A stretch of 63,343 nt of DNA, the filler included, from Chrysochromulina tobinii (Eukaryota), in assembly GCA_001275005.1 (NCBI GenBank). It is 9 parts of 9 records of this genome, joined end to end, with 100 filler letters (N's around TTAATTAATTAA, not from the genome) between each part and the next. Parts side by side here need not be neighbours in the genome. Positions count along the whole stretch, not along the records: positions 46,246 to 55,289 come from JWZX01000294.1; positions 55,390 to 57,968 come from JWZX01000295.1; positions 58,069 to 61,593 come from JWZX01000296.1; positions 61,694 to 63,343 come from JWZX01000298.1; 5 more parts are not named here. One strand, given 5' to 3'. The translations under genes were made by a program, and so were the position numbers. Below are positions 52,401-63,231 of this stretch, in pieces (within the stretch, counting starts at the first letter, position 1; each line of letters opens with the position of its first letter). The notes beneath the pieces are model-generated. The model was not told the origin of the DNA, did not search any database, and saw nothing but the letters and a program-made list of their open reading frames with translations.

Positions 52401-53630
52401 TCAAAAGGCAATCAACGACACTCACCTCCGCCTTGGCCGCGTGTGCCGCCGCTGCAGCAGCTGCCCTGGTCCTGGCGGCCACGACTGCCTCAGCCGTGGC
52501 CACATCCTCCTCGTCCTCGTCCACCGCCTCCTCGGCCGCGGCAGACTCGTCCAAAGCGTCGTCCCAAGCGCGCGCGTCGTCGCAAGAGCGCGCGTCGTCC
52601 CAAGCGCGCGCGTCGTCGCAAGCGCGCGCTCCCTCCGTGGGAGACATCGCCTCCACCGACATCGCATCTGCACCAGCCTCCGCTCCCTCCTCCTCCGCCT
52701 CCGCCTCCACCTCCGCCTCCTCCGCCTCCTCCTCCGCCTCCTTCGCCTCCTCCCCTGTGTGGTCATCGTCGCCACCGTTGTCAACAGCCGCCTCTGCTGA
52801 GGGCTCTTCACATTCACACTCTGCTGAGGGCTCTTCCGGCGCCTCGTCGTCAGGAATGAGCGCCGTCTCGGGCACTGCCTTCGTTTCAGTCCCAATCTCA
52901 CCGCCGACCTCGGCGACATCTTCCATGGCGGCAGCCGCTGCCTCCTCTAACGCCACCTCCGCCGCCACCTCCTCATCCGCCGCCACACCGTCATTGGCTG
53001 CCGCCTCCTCCGCAACGACCTCCTCATCCATCACCTCAGACGCATCGGTCGGAGGAGCCTGACACAGCGGCGGCTGACTCAGCGGCGTCGCCAACCCGCC
53101 CATGAGCCTGACCGACGCCGCCGGCCGCGCCGACGCAGTCCCCGAGGCTGCCGTCGCGACCGCTGTCAGCCGTGCTGGGCGCTGTGCTGGGCGCGCGCTA
53201 GCGCCGCCACTGGCTGGTGCTGCCGCTACGGCGCCCGTACTGGGCTTGGCCACAGAGGGCGCCATCGCTGTGGTGGGCGCCAACGCTGCCGAACTGCATG
53301 CAAATCGCTTCGCCGCCTGGAGCCGCTCTATCGCCGCCCGTCGACCCGCCTCGGCTCGTTCCTTGGCCTTCTCCTTCTCGAGAGCCTCCGCGGACGCGAT
53401 CGCGGCGGCCCTCTCCGCGCGCTCGCGCCGCTCCGTCTGCTTCGCCTCCGCCTCAGCGCGTTGTGCCGCGCGGATGCGCTGCGCCAGGCTCATGCTGGCA
53501 TTCGACGGCGGCACAGAGGCGGCCGGCGGTGCGCGCGGCGTGGGCGGTGCAGAGTTCGCGCCATCTTCGGCTGCCAACCGCAAACCGCTGCTCGCTGCAA
53601 TTGCCGGCACTGCTGCTCCAGCCGCTCCTG

Positions 53631-53694
<64 letters not shown>

Positions 53695-54057
53695 TGCCGC
53701 TCCTCCTCCGCTCAGTACATCGCTGAGGCCTGCACTCGCCGGCCACAGCGCACTGGCTGCAAGCGACTGCACACGCCGCTCCATGTCAAACCCTGGGAGT
53801 GGCGCGGCGTACGGCGCTGCGGCCGGCTGTTGCGGCGTCATTGGACGGAATGGCGCGAGGATGGCCTCGCTCGAGCCGCGCTCCTCGAGCTCTTGGCCGA
53901 GCTGGTTCCGCTGGCGGCGCACGCGGTCCACATCCACGCTCGAAGCCGCGCTGGCGGAGCCGAGGTAGGCGTCCATGCTACGCACCATGTTCTGCAGCGT
54001 CGCGGTGTCCGCGTCGAAGAGCTCAAGCATGGTCGTCGGATGGAGCGGGAACGCCAT
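49478..54057 (-). CDS. Tubulin-tyrosine-ligase-like (TTLL) polyglutamylase with long acidic N-terminal region; exons 52426..54057, 52000..52245(or 52266), 51171..51914, 50503..50926, 49478..50421
   Basis: WQRVNHFP..LTRKDLL, IMPLTFTLP, WILKPVGLSRGRGI, VIQRYVADPLLLDGYKFDLRLYV, HLTNSSIQK, FELFGYDVLID..PWLIEVNSSP; introns restore the frame. Confidence 0.9.
50422..50502 (-). mobile_element. Intron with shared branch/acceptor tail (acceptor-carrying class, decayed duplication)
   Basis: gcatgcatgtgctcaccacg (50444..50463) is identical to 51935..51954, then a C-run + ccccacAG; gcagctcgacgg near the donor vs downstream exon gcatctcgatgg (10/12). Confidence 0.65.
50927..51170 (-). mobile_element. Nested satellite intron (donor-carrying class) with internal 48-nt perfect duplication and 8 ctcagatgca-type units
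   Basis: 51080..51127 is identical to 51159..51206; satellite 51001..51080; intron end ctcgtcggttgcgcag vs exon end ctcgtcggttccacag (14/16). Confidence 0.75.
51915..51999 (-). mobile_element. Intron (acceptor-carrying class) starting with a 27-nt copy of the downstream exon
   Basis: 51973..51999 vs 51888..51914, 23/27; shared tail gcatgcatgtgctcaccacg..ccccacAG. Confidence 0.75.
52246..52425 (-). mobile_element. 3 x 60-nt tandem intron unit (GTGAGT donor + ttgattgcct-type 10-mers + copy of upstream exon end)
   Basis: gtgagtgtcgttgattgcctcttgattgcctcttcacacacacacgcggccaaggcggag x3; alternative in-frame CAG acceptor at 52267. Confidence 0.7.
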
Positions 54058-54221
54058 CGGGCCTAACCTCTGAAACGCTCAAGACAACGCTCCATCCTCC
54101 TCGGCCTCTCCTCTCCTTCTTGGTCGCACTTCAGCTTGGTTCTGCACTCATCGAGCGGCGCTCGCACGAGGTGGAAGCAGTGCAGGGGTGAAGAGCGGCG
54201 CAGACCACGTGAGATCACGTG

Positions 54222-54854
54222 ATGGCGTCTCAAGCCGCGGGCGAAGTCAGGAGGCAAGACTTCAAGGTGGTCATCCTCGGCGCCTCGGGCGTCGGCAAAA
54301 CGTGCTTGGGCTTGCGATTCGTAAAGGACCAATTCGTCACGTATACAGCGTCGACGATCGGTGCGTCATTCCTGGTCAAGGAGCTGGTCTTCAACAACCA
54401 GAAGGTGACGCTGCAGATCTGGGACACCGCAGGCCAGGAGCGCTTCCGCTCCATGGCGCCACTGTACTACCGTGGAGCGGTCGCAGCCATTCTCGTCTTC
54501 TCTATCACGGACGAGGCGTCCTTCGAGAAGCTCAAGGAGTGGGTGCGGGAACTGCAGAGTAATGTCGACGAGCCGCTCGTCCTCGCGATCGCGTGCAATA
54601 AGGCCGACCTGGCCGACCAGCGCATAGTCTCGATGGAAACCGCCCAGCAGTACGCAAGCTCGATTGGCGCCCTCATCTACGAAACGAGTGCGAAGAGCAA
54701 CACGGGGGTCTCGCAGCTCTTCAACGAGGTGGCGCGCCGCCTCGCGAACACCAAATCCCGCGCCGCGGACGCGAGCTCCGGCGCAAGCAGCCTGCCTTCG
54801 ATGCCCGATCCGCTCGCAGAGCTCGGCGCACCGAGGAAGAAAGGCTGCTGCTGA
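54222..54854 (+). CDS. Rab5/21/22-group small GTPase
   Basis: GASGVGKT, TIGASFL, WDTAGQERFRSMAPLYYRGA, NKAD, ETSAK, C-terminal GCC. Confidence 0.93.
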   Translation: MASQAAGEVRRQDFKVVILGASGVGKTCLGLRFVKDQFVTYTASTIGASFLVKELVFNNQKVTLQIWDTAGQERFRSMAPLYYRGAVAAILVFSITDEASFEKLKEWVRELQSNVDEPLVLAIACNKADLADQRIVSMETAQQYASSIGALIYETSAKSNTGVSQLFNEVARRLANTKSRAADASSGASSLPSMPDPLAELGAPRKKGCC

Positions 54855-55289
54855 GGGCAGCACCCGTACACCCCAGCCTCGGCACGAGACCTCTCAGCAG
54901 CGCGTGTGCCCCTGCACCGCACAACTCCTCCCGTAGCTGCCCCGTGCACCGCCGGTGCCATCAAGGTGCCATCCATACGGGGAAAGCCACGCGAGAGAGT
55001 GGAACACGGGTCTTTCGCTCTTTCCTCTCTCGACGCTCGTCTCGGGGCCGGTCGTGAGCCGGTGCCGCGTGTGCCCAAGTTAGAGAGCTCATTCTGCCAC
55101 GCGCGACTACAATGTGCATACATGAACAGGAGTCCACGAGTTTCGTAAATTAATGTGATTTTTGAGCAAAAAGGATCCGCGGCGTGTATTATACGGCCCA
55201 GCCGGCGCGTATCGCCACCCGGACCCGCGACGCCGGACTCCCGGAGGGCCGACGGCCCGACGGCGGGGCGGGGAGGCGCGAGGCCGAGC

Positions 55290-55389
55290 NNNNNNNNNNN
55301 NNNNNNNNNNNNNNNNNNNNNNNNNNNNNNNNNTTAATTAATTAANNNNNNNNNNNNNNNNNNNNNNNNNNNNNNNNNNNNNNNNNNNN
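55290..55389. other. Artificial contig spacer
   Basis: N44-TTAATTAATTAA-N44. Confidence 0.98.
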
Positions 55390-55429
55390 AGGGAGGGAGG
55401 GAGATGACGGGAGGGAGGGAGGGAGGGAG

Positions 55430-55553
55430 GGCCCAATGCTGCTGCCGCAAGCTGCTGCGCCGCCTCTCCGACAATGTTGCTGTTGTAAGCGACGGAGAGA
55501 TTTTTCATCACCGCGTTGACCTTCAGCGCCTCCGCGATTGCCTTGGCACCCAC
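55430..55553 (-). pseudogene. LRR-gene fragment
   Basis: VGAKAIAEALKVNAVMKNLSVAYNSNIVGEAAQQLAAAALG, abruptly bounded upstream by AT-rich non-coding DNA. Confidence 0.65.
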
Positions 55554-57156
55554 GACGTGCTTTCCGACATGGGCGGTGAACCCCCAGATGGTGAAAAATA
55601 CATGCCAAATGTCAAGATACATGTATTCTCTTGGAATGTAACAGAGCATTTAAGATACATTTGAGATACATCAAGATACTTTTGAGATGTATAAATTACT
55701 AACAGGACTTCGCGACACGGCTCAAAAACTATATAAAACTCAGAATTCGTCACAGTTTGGGTGCGGTGTGTCTGAGACACTACATTTCACACTCGAGGGT
55801 CTGCGTATCGGCTCTCACCCCTCTGCGCAAGACATCTTTAGATGGGCACGGGGCGGTAGCGATCGTGCGTGTACCCTCGCGCGCATTCCGTGTAGTACTA
55901 CGGTTCCGAGCACTAAGGCTACCCAAAATGCTACTCAAGTGGTCGCTCTGTCCGCGTTAGCAGGGCCGCCGGGGCCCTCTCGCAGCTGCTATGTCTTGCG
56001 CGTGCGGGTCTTTGATGACCAGTGGCGACCACTGGCGACCGCTGGCAACCAGTGGCGCGGGTGCTCGGTACGCGCTCATGCACTATGACACTTCTGGAGC
56101 ACCCGATTCGCCTCCGCAGGACCAAGGTCGAGCGTGGATGCCTTCTGAGAAGGCTTTGGGGGCGTATGATCGTTTTGGAATTTGGAGTATGCCCCCCAAG
56201 GGCGAGCACTAGGCGAGCACCGGTGGCGCCGGTCCTCCGTACGCGCTCATACATGCAAGTCGCTACGACACGCCAGGAGCACCCGATTCGCCTCCGCAGG
56301 TCCGATGTCGAGCCTGGATACCTTCTGTGCAGGCTTCCGGGGAATGTGACGGCCCCGGAATTTGGAGTATGCCCCCATACACGGCGTGGGCAGCCCCACC
56401 GCGCCAGCGGCGCGCGGTCCGACGAAACGCGCGCGCCAAAGCCTTCTCCGCCGCCATACCGCATACGAGACGGGACGGGGTCCGCGGTTGGCGACGCGGA
56501 CGGTGCACCTGGCTGGGGCCGGTTCCAATCGACACGGTTTACGGACGCGAATGGCTCCTCGACGACCGAGCAAAAAAATAGGGAAGCGTGCGCGCGCGCG
56601 CGCGCTCCAAGCGGATGCATTTGGTAATATGGTGTGTCCGGATCTGAGGCCGAACAATTGGCGCGAGGTGAGACCGGGCTTCACACCATATCTCGAGACC
56701 AAATTGAAAGGGCGCAAATGGACTTTGAACACTTCACACCTCCTTTCACGCCGTTTCGAGTGCGGAATTTCCATTTGTTTCATGTTATACGGTGGCGCAC
56801 AATCCATGTCGGTCGGCGAAGATGAACTGTCCGCGCCGGTGGCAGCGCCCGAACGCATCGTTAAATTCTGCGGCGGCTCTGGCCGCATTTGACGTTCGCC
56901 ATCTGCCGGATCGGTCACGCCGCTCGCCTCTGGGGACCTGCGGCTAGTTGGACTCCGCGGGAGGCGCTGCGGGGCCTCGCTACGGAGGACCCGTGGTCGC
57001 CAGAGACCGCGGGAACACCGAGTCTGCGCAAGACGTCAATTTCGGCCAAGGAGGGGCGCTCTTGGCGTAGCATTCGGCAGCACTGAGATATGGGCCGCAA
57101 GGAAATGCCAGGGGCGAGCGACTCCTGTGCCATGGGCGGTGGCGCGACACGTCGTG
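55551..57156. mobile_element. Possible non-autonomous DNA element (9-bp inverted termini, internal 180-bp repeat)
   Basis: cacgacgtg (55551) / cacgtcgtg (57148..57156); catgggcggtg next to both ends; no convincing TSD or transposase. Confidence 0.3.
56049..56376. repeat. Imperfect direct repeat, 180-bp period
   Basis: ggagcacccgattcgcctccgcagg at 56096 and 56276; ggaatttggagtatgccccc at 56177 and 56357. Confidence 0.85.
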
Positions 57157-57504
57157 ATCCCAATGCAGTGGCAGCGGCGGCGGCGGCGACGGAAGCTACC
57201 TGTGCTCGACACCGCCGTCACGCGACGGTGTCGAGTGCGTCTTTGCGTTCACCGAGGCTGTGGTGACGGAGGCGGCGATGGTGGAGCGGAGCGGAGACTT
57301 GTACGATGTTGGCTCAGAGCTAGCGACAATCATGACACGTTAAATACAAGGTTAGTTATTAATAGTGCGGCCTGGTCGCGCCCGCGCGCTTCCTGCTCGA
57401 CGTAGGGAGAGCCTCCGAGACGTGGCCGAACGCGTGACGGCCTGTGCGTTCGCGAGAAGTCATCAAAGTTCAAAATTAGAACCAGTCAACCAGAGACGCA
57501 TCCA

Positions 57505-57699
57505 ATGGCAATTGGCAAAGCGTTCGCGGTACACAGCTCAGAGCTCTATGGTGCCAAGGCAACGGCGGGCGACGACGGCCTCTGTCAACTCCTCACCTTT
57601 GACTTCGAGGGCAGCGGCGAGCCACCAGCCACGCTCACGCTGCACCCGTGGAATCACGCGCCGCGCGAGCCTGCCGCGCACGCCGCGACCCCGCGTTAG
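57505..57699 (+). pseudogene. Short gene fragment ending LHPWNHAPRE
   Basis: 64-aa ORF with coding-like composition that stops abruptly; family not assignable from sequence alone. Confidence 0.3.
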
Positions 57700-57968
57700 C
57701 TCACGTGCTTGGAGATTTTGCGGATGACTGGTTGCTCTTGAATCTCGTTAAATTATATGTATCCTAAATGTAAACATGAATCAGAACATTGAAGAGATTG
57801 CTTTTCAACAAAGCATTCCCATTACACCACCAGAGTCATAACCCCTGGCTCAAGGTCAAGTTCAAGTTCGTTCCACCGTTTCCGCGACGGCACGCGCTCG
57901 TCTTCGAAGGGCAAGGCCGCGTCGCCGAGCACGAGCGCGGCGGGTCGTCCTTGCGCTGGCGCTGGCGT

Positions 57969-58068
57969 NNNNNNNNNNNNNNNNNNNNNNNNNNNNNNNN
58001 NNNNNNNNNNNNTTAATTAATTAANNNNNNNNNNNNNNNNNNNNNNNNNNNNNNNNNNNNNNNNNNNN
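57969..58068. other. Artificial contig spacer
   Basis: N44-TTAATTAATTAA-N44. Confidence 0.98.
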
Positions 58069-58689
58069 GTCTCGAGTAAGGCCAGCCTGAGACGAGCCGA
58101 GGAGTACTCGGGGCTCGAGATGTCTCGAGTAAGGCTGCACGAGCCCGAAGGCGTGGTAGTTCAAGAATAGATCCGGAGATCGTAAATGCGCCCCCTTCGA
58201 GCACGTCTTCTAGTGAAGGGGCCGAGTTCGGAGGCGCAAGAGTGGTGGATTTGCCAAACCCCGGGCTTTGCAGCCCGAGCGGTGGGCCATCGGTGGCGTT
58301 TGGGTGTACGGACACGTCACCCATCTCGTCGTCACCGCCCCCGCGCCGGCGAAGGGCCATCCGAGGCGTGCTCGGGACCTTCTCGGGGCTGGCGGCAACA
58401 TCGGTGGTACAGCCAAGTGTAGACCACGTCGACCGAGACAGTATCGGCCACTCGTACGAAGGGCTGCACGATGGTTGAGCATCACTCGCTGTTGCTGTTG
58501 TCTTTACGCAAAGACGTAGCGGTAGAAAGGTTCCAGAGATTAGGCCTGAGACGAGCTTCCCAAGCTCATGATGTCTCGAGTAAGGCCAGCCTGAGACGAG
58601 CCGAGGAGTACTCGGGGCTCGAGATGTCTCGAGTAAGGCTGCACGAGGCCGAAGGCGTGGAAGTTCAAGAATAGATCCGGAGGTCGTAA
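58069..58689. repeat. 117-bp direct repeat (58069..58185 and 58573..58689)
   Basis: 3 substitutions in 117 nt; internal atgtctcgagtaaggc sub-repeats. Confidence 0.9.
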
Positions 58690-58779
58690 GAGCGCTGTAA
58701 GATGTTGATGATAATTGGCCTGAGACGGATCTCGAGGGCCGTGGTAAGGTGCCGCATGCGGTGCGCGCACCAAGCTCCA

Positions 58780-61593
58780 GCCTGTGCTACTCAAAAGCTT
58801 CCGAGAGAGTGAGAGCAGCAGCTTTGATCAAGAGCGTTTAACCGAAAGAGCTGCGGCAGCGAGCGTCACACCCGAAACAGCTGCGGCAGCGAGCGTCACA
58901 CCCGACAGGGCGAACAGCAGTGCCAGCGAAGGGCCTGCGCCAACCAAGCCTCTTAGAGCGAGAGCAGCAACTTTGACCAACTTTGATTGAGAGCGTAGCC
59001 GACGCAGCTGTGGCGGCGAGCGTCACACCTGGCAGGGCGATCAGCGGCGTGCGTGCTGAGCAGCAAGCGGCCTGTGCCACTCAAGCTTCAGAGAGAGCGA
59101 GAGAGCAGCAGCTTTGATCGAGAGCGTATAGCTGACGCAGCTGCGGTGCCGAGTGTCACATCTAGGCGAGGAGATCCGCGGTACGCGCGTTAAGCAGCGA
59201 GCGCCTGTGCCACTCAAGCTAGAGAGAGCGAGAGCAGCTGCTTTGATCGCAGCAGCTTTGATCGAGAGCGTATAGCCGCCGCAGCTCTGCATCGGCGAGC
59301 GTAAGACCCGACAGGGCGATCAGGGGTGCCAGCGTCGAGCAGCCTGTGCCGCTCAAGCCTGAGAGAGCGAGAGCAGCAGCCTAGATCGAGAAAGCCGCGG
59401 CGGCGAGCGTCACACCCGACCGAAGGGCGATCAGCGGTGCTTGAGCAGCAAGCGGCCTGTGCCGCTCAAGCTTCCGAGAGAGCGAGAGCAGCAGCTTTGA
59501 TCGAAAGCGTATAGCCGACGCAGCCGCGGCTGCGAGCGTCACACCTGGCAGGGTGATCAGCGGTGCCAGCGCCGAGCAGCAAGCGGCCTGTGCCACTCGA
59601 GAAGAAGAGAAGCCTGTGCCATTCAAGCTTCCGAGAGAGCAAGAGAGCAGCAGCTTTGATCGAGAGCGTATAGCCGACGCAACTGCGGTGCCGAGTGTCA
59701 CAACCCGGCATCGCGATCCGCGGAACGCGCGCTGAGCAGCGAGAGCCTGTGCCACTCAAACGAGAGAGAGCGCGATCAGCAGTGCGCTTTCGCTGAGCAG
59801 CTAGCGGCCTTTGCCACTTAAGCTTCCAAGAGAGCGAGAGCAAGGCCACTTAAGCTTCCAAGAGAGCGAGAGCAGCTGCTTTGATCAAGATCGTATATAG
59901 CGTATAGCCGTCGCAGCTGCGGCGGCGAGCGTCACACCCGACAGGGCAATCAGTGGTGCCAGCGAAGGGCCTGCACCGCTCAAGCCTCCGAGAGCGAGGG
60001 TAGCGAGCGGCCTGTGCCACTCAAACCTCGGAGAGCGAGAGCAGCGGCTTTGATCGAGAGCGTATATAGCCGTATAGCCGTCGCAGCTGCGGCGGCGAGC
60101 ATCACACCCGACAGGGCGATCAGCGATGCCCGCGCCGAGCAGCAAGCGGCCTGTGCCACTCAGGCTTCCGAGAGAGCGAGAGCAGCAGCTTTGATCGAGA
60201 GCGTATAGCCGACGCAGCTGCGGCGGCAAGCGTCACACCCAACAAGGCGAACATCAGCGGTGCGCTCGCCGAGCAGCGAGCAGCCTGTGCCACTCGAGAA
60301 GCCTGTGCCACTCAAGCTTCCAAGAGATCGAGAGCAGCAGCTTCGATCGAGAGCGTATATAGCCGATGCAGCACCCGTATAGCCGACGCGATCGAGAGCG
60401 TATAGCCGATGCAGCACCCGTATAGCCGACGCAGCACACCCGACGAGGCGATCAGCGGTACGCTCGCTGCTCAGCTGGTGCCACTCAAGCTTCCAAGAGA
60501 GCGAGAACAGCAGCTTTGATCGAGAGCGTATAGCTAACGCAGCTGCGGAGGCCAGCCTCACACCCGGCAGGGCGATCTGCGGTGCGCTCGCCGAGCAGCG
60601 AGCGGCCTGTGCCACTCGAGAAGCCTGTGCCACTCAAGCTTCGAAGAGATCGAGAGCAGCAGCTTCGATCGAGAGCGTATAGCCGACGCAGCACCCGACG
60701 AGGTGATCAGCGGTACGCTCGCTGCTCAGCTGGTGCCACTCAAGCTTCCAAGAGAGCGAGAACAGCACAGCTTTGATTGAGAGCGTATAGCCGACGCAGC
60801 CGCAGAGGCCAGCGTCACACCCGGCAGGGCGATCAGCGATGCGCTCGCCGAGCAGCAAGCGGGGCCTGTGCCACTCGAGAAGCCTGCGTGTCACTCAAGC
60901 CTCCGAGAGAGCGAGAGCAGCAGCTTTGATCGAGAGTGCTGCTGACGCAGCTGCGGCGGCAAGCGTCACACCCAACAGGGCGATCAGCAGTGCGCTTTCG
61001 CTGAGCAGCTAGCGGCCTTTGCCACTTAAGCTTCCAAGAGAGCGAGAGCAAGGCCACTTAAGCTTCCAAGAGAGCGAGAGCAGCTGCTTTGATCGAGAGC
61101 GTATAGCCGTCGCAGCTGCGGCGGCAAGCGTCACACCCGACAGGGCGATCAGTGGTGCCAGCGAAGGGCCTGCACCGCTCAAGCCTCCGAGAGCGAGGGT
61201 AGCGAACGGCCTGTGCCACACAAACCTCGGAGAGCGAGAGCAGCTGCTTAGTGCTTTGATCGGGAGCGTATAGCCGTATAGCCGTCGCAGCTGCGGCGGC
61301 GAGCGTCACACCCGACAGGGCGATCAGCGCTGCCCGCGCCGAGCAGCAAGCGGCCTGTGCCACTCAGGCTTCCAAGAGAGCGAGAACAGCAGCTTTGATC
61401 GAGAGCGTATAGCCGACGCAGCTGCGGCGGCACGCGTCACACCCAACAGGGCGATCAGCGGTGCGCTCGCCGAGCAGCGAGCGGCCTGTGCCACTCGAGA
61501 AGCCCGTGCCACTCAAGCTTCGAAGAGATCGAGAGCAGCAGCTTCGATCGAGAGCGTATAGCCGACGCAGCACCCGACGAGGTGATCAGCGGT
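58780..61593. repeat. Complex satellite of ~130-170-bp modular units with higher-order (~1.2 kb) structure
   Basis: Recurrent cctgtgccactcaagcttccgagagagcgagagcagcagctttgatcgagagcgtatagccgacgcagctgcggcggcgagcgtcacacccgacagggcgatcagc; variant block at 59772 recurs at 60980. Confidence 0.92.
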
Positions 61594-61693
61594 NNNNNNN
61601 NNNNNNNNNNNNNNNNNNNNNNNNNNNNNNNNNNNNNTTAATTAATTAANNNNNNNNNNNNNNNNNNNNNNNNNNNNNNNNNNNNNNNNNNNN
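61594..61693. other. Artificial contig spacer
   Basis: N44-TTAATTAATTAA-N44. Confidence 0.98.
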
Positions 61694-63231
61694 GCACCTG
61701 TACTGCTGATGCAACCATCACATTGGCGCGAATCTGCTAAGACGGCCGGCAACCACATAGAATCATCAAACGAGTTCAGGTGCCAGCCAGCTGGAGGAGT
61801 TCCTGTACGAGCCTTCCAATTCGTGTTGGTAATGACCGAGCCCCACAAGGCATCAGAGCTTTGGCAGGCCAGCATCATGCTCGCACACTGCGTTCGCACA
61901 TACTGACCAAAGTTGGGAGATCCATAGTCACGGCCTAACACGGCAAGTACAGCACCAAAAGGTCGCGGTGCAACAAAGGATACCTGCTTTGCCACTCGAA
62001 AGTCTCCTAAAGTGCCAGTCACAGAAGCTGTGATATCTACCTCGTTAAAATAGACAGCACGAACGTCGTTGTCCACAGTAAACCTGCATGTTACAGGTAC
62101 TGAAGGTGGCGGCGAGGGCGGCGGCGGCGAGGGCGAGGGCGGCGGCGGCGAGGGCGGCGGCAATGCCAAAGCATATGCATAGACCTCGCACAAGTTTAGT
62201 ACTCTGTCAGACCCGGGAAGACGAATAGTTAGATACTTCCCAACTGCTTGACATGCATAGAGTAACGGACCAACTTCTGCAGGAGCAGTGGGAGATGCGC
62301 ACATGAGAATTGGTGACAAAGTTGTGTTGCCTACCCAAATCTCGAAATGCGCCAGCCTAGCTGAAATGGCTGTGTTACCTCCATAACGATTGTAGATGGC
62401 TACATAGGACACTCTGCGAACTCCATCCAGCTCAATCTGTAGCCATGGATTCACTTGATCTGCACTTGTTAACGAGCTGTGACAAATACTGTAATCCGTG
62501 TCAATCCCATCAATACAGTTACCAGCTGCCATCGTAATCCCATCAAGGGTGCTGCTCATGACTGCTCCAACTCGAGGAATTTGCGTCATGCTGGCCAGGG
62601 GAGGGGCTGGCGGTGGCGGCGGCGAGGACGAGGGTCTACGGCACACAGCACCAAAGCTCGATGAACAAGGCGCATCGTTCCAGAGCTCGTAGCGACCCTC
62701 GTAGCCCCCCCCCCAAAGGGCGCCACAGTCCTCGTCTATCCCTAACCCATCCCCGTTGTTGTCTGGGTTACCAGGGTACCAGTTGGAATAGTCCCACGGA
62801 GTGCCGTCGGACCACCTCCAGGTGCCCTCGCTTACCGCATCATTCGCACCGATCCAGGCAGAGGCGGATTGAGGGACGATGGCCCGCGCAGCGGCATTCT
62901 CCGCGGCGCTGTGGATGCTTGCGAGATCGCCGCCGAGAGCCTGGCATGCGGCGCGCCCAGCCGCCCACGTGCCGACGCTTGGTACGTAAATGAATGGCGA
63001 GGTCGTTTGGCATTCCACGCTCGCCATCCTGTCGAAGCTGAGGAGGATAGCCAGCCAGACTCTCCATCGAGCACATCCCGGCTGCGACCTTCCTCGCCGA
63101 CTCCCACGTGCTCCTCGCGTCCCGTCTCGCTTCGTGCTCGAACGCAGTGCTCTAAACAGCCCCACCAACCGTGCGACGAGGCCAGCCATCGCAAAGAAGA
63201 CCATCGAGAGCAGGCAAGCGAATCGACCCAT
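61694..63231 (-). CDS. Extracellular multi-lectin protein: C-type lectin + F-type (fucolectin-like) domain + further beta-sandwich, with SPPP linkers; 3' partial
   Basis: GGDLASIHS..WIGANDAVSEGTWRWSDG..WNDAPC (CTLD); CIDG..CHS..PWLQIEL..AIYNR..GKYLTIRL..LNLCEVYAY (F-type); FTVDN domain. Confidence 0.85.

Noticed and set aside
57148..57175. Continuation of the LRR fragment beyond the putative element
   Set aside because: Rejoining the flanks needs a frameshift, and the upstream sequence is not LRR-like.
58780..61593. CRISPR-like array
   Set aside because: No constant repeat with unique spacers (the intervening sequences are themselves repeats), no cas genes, eukaryotic context.
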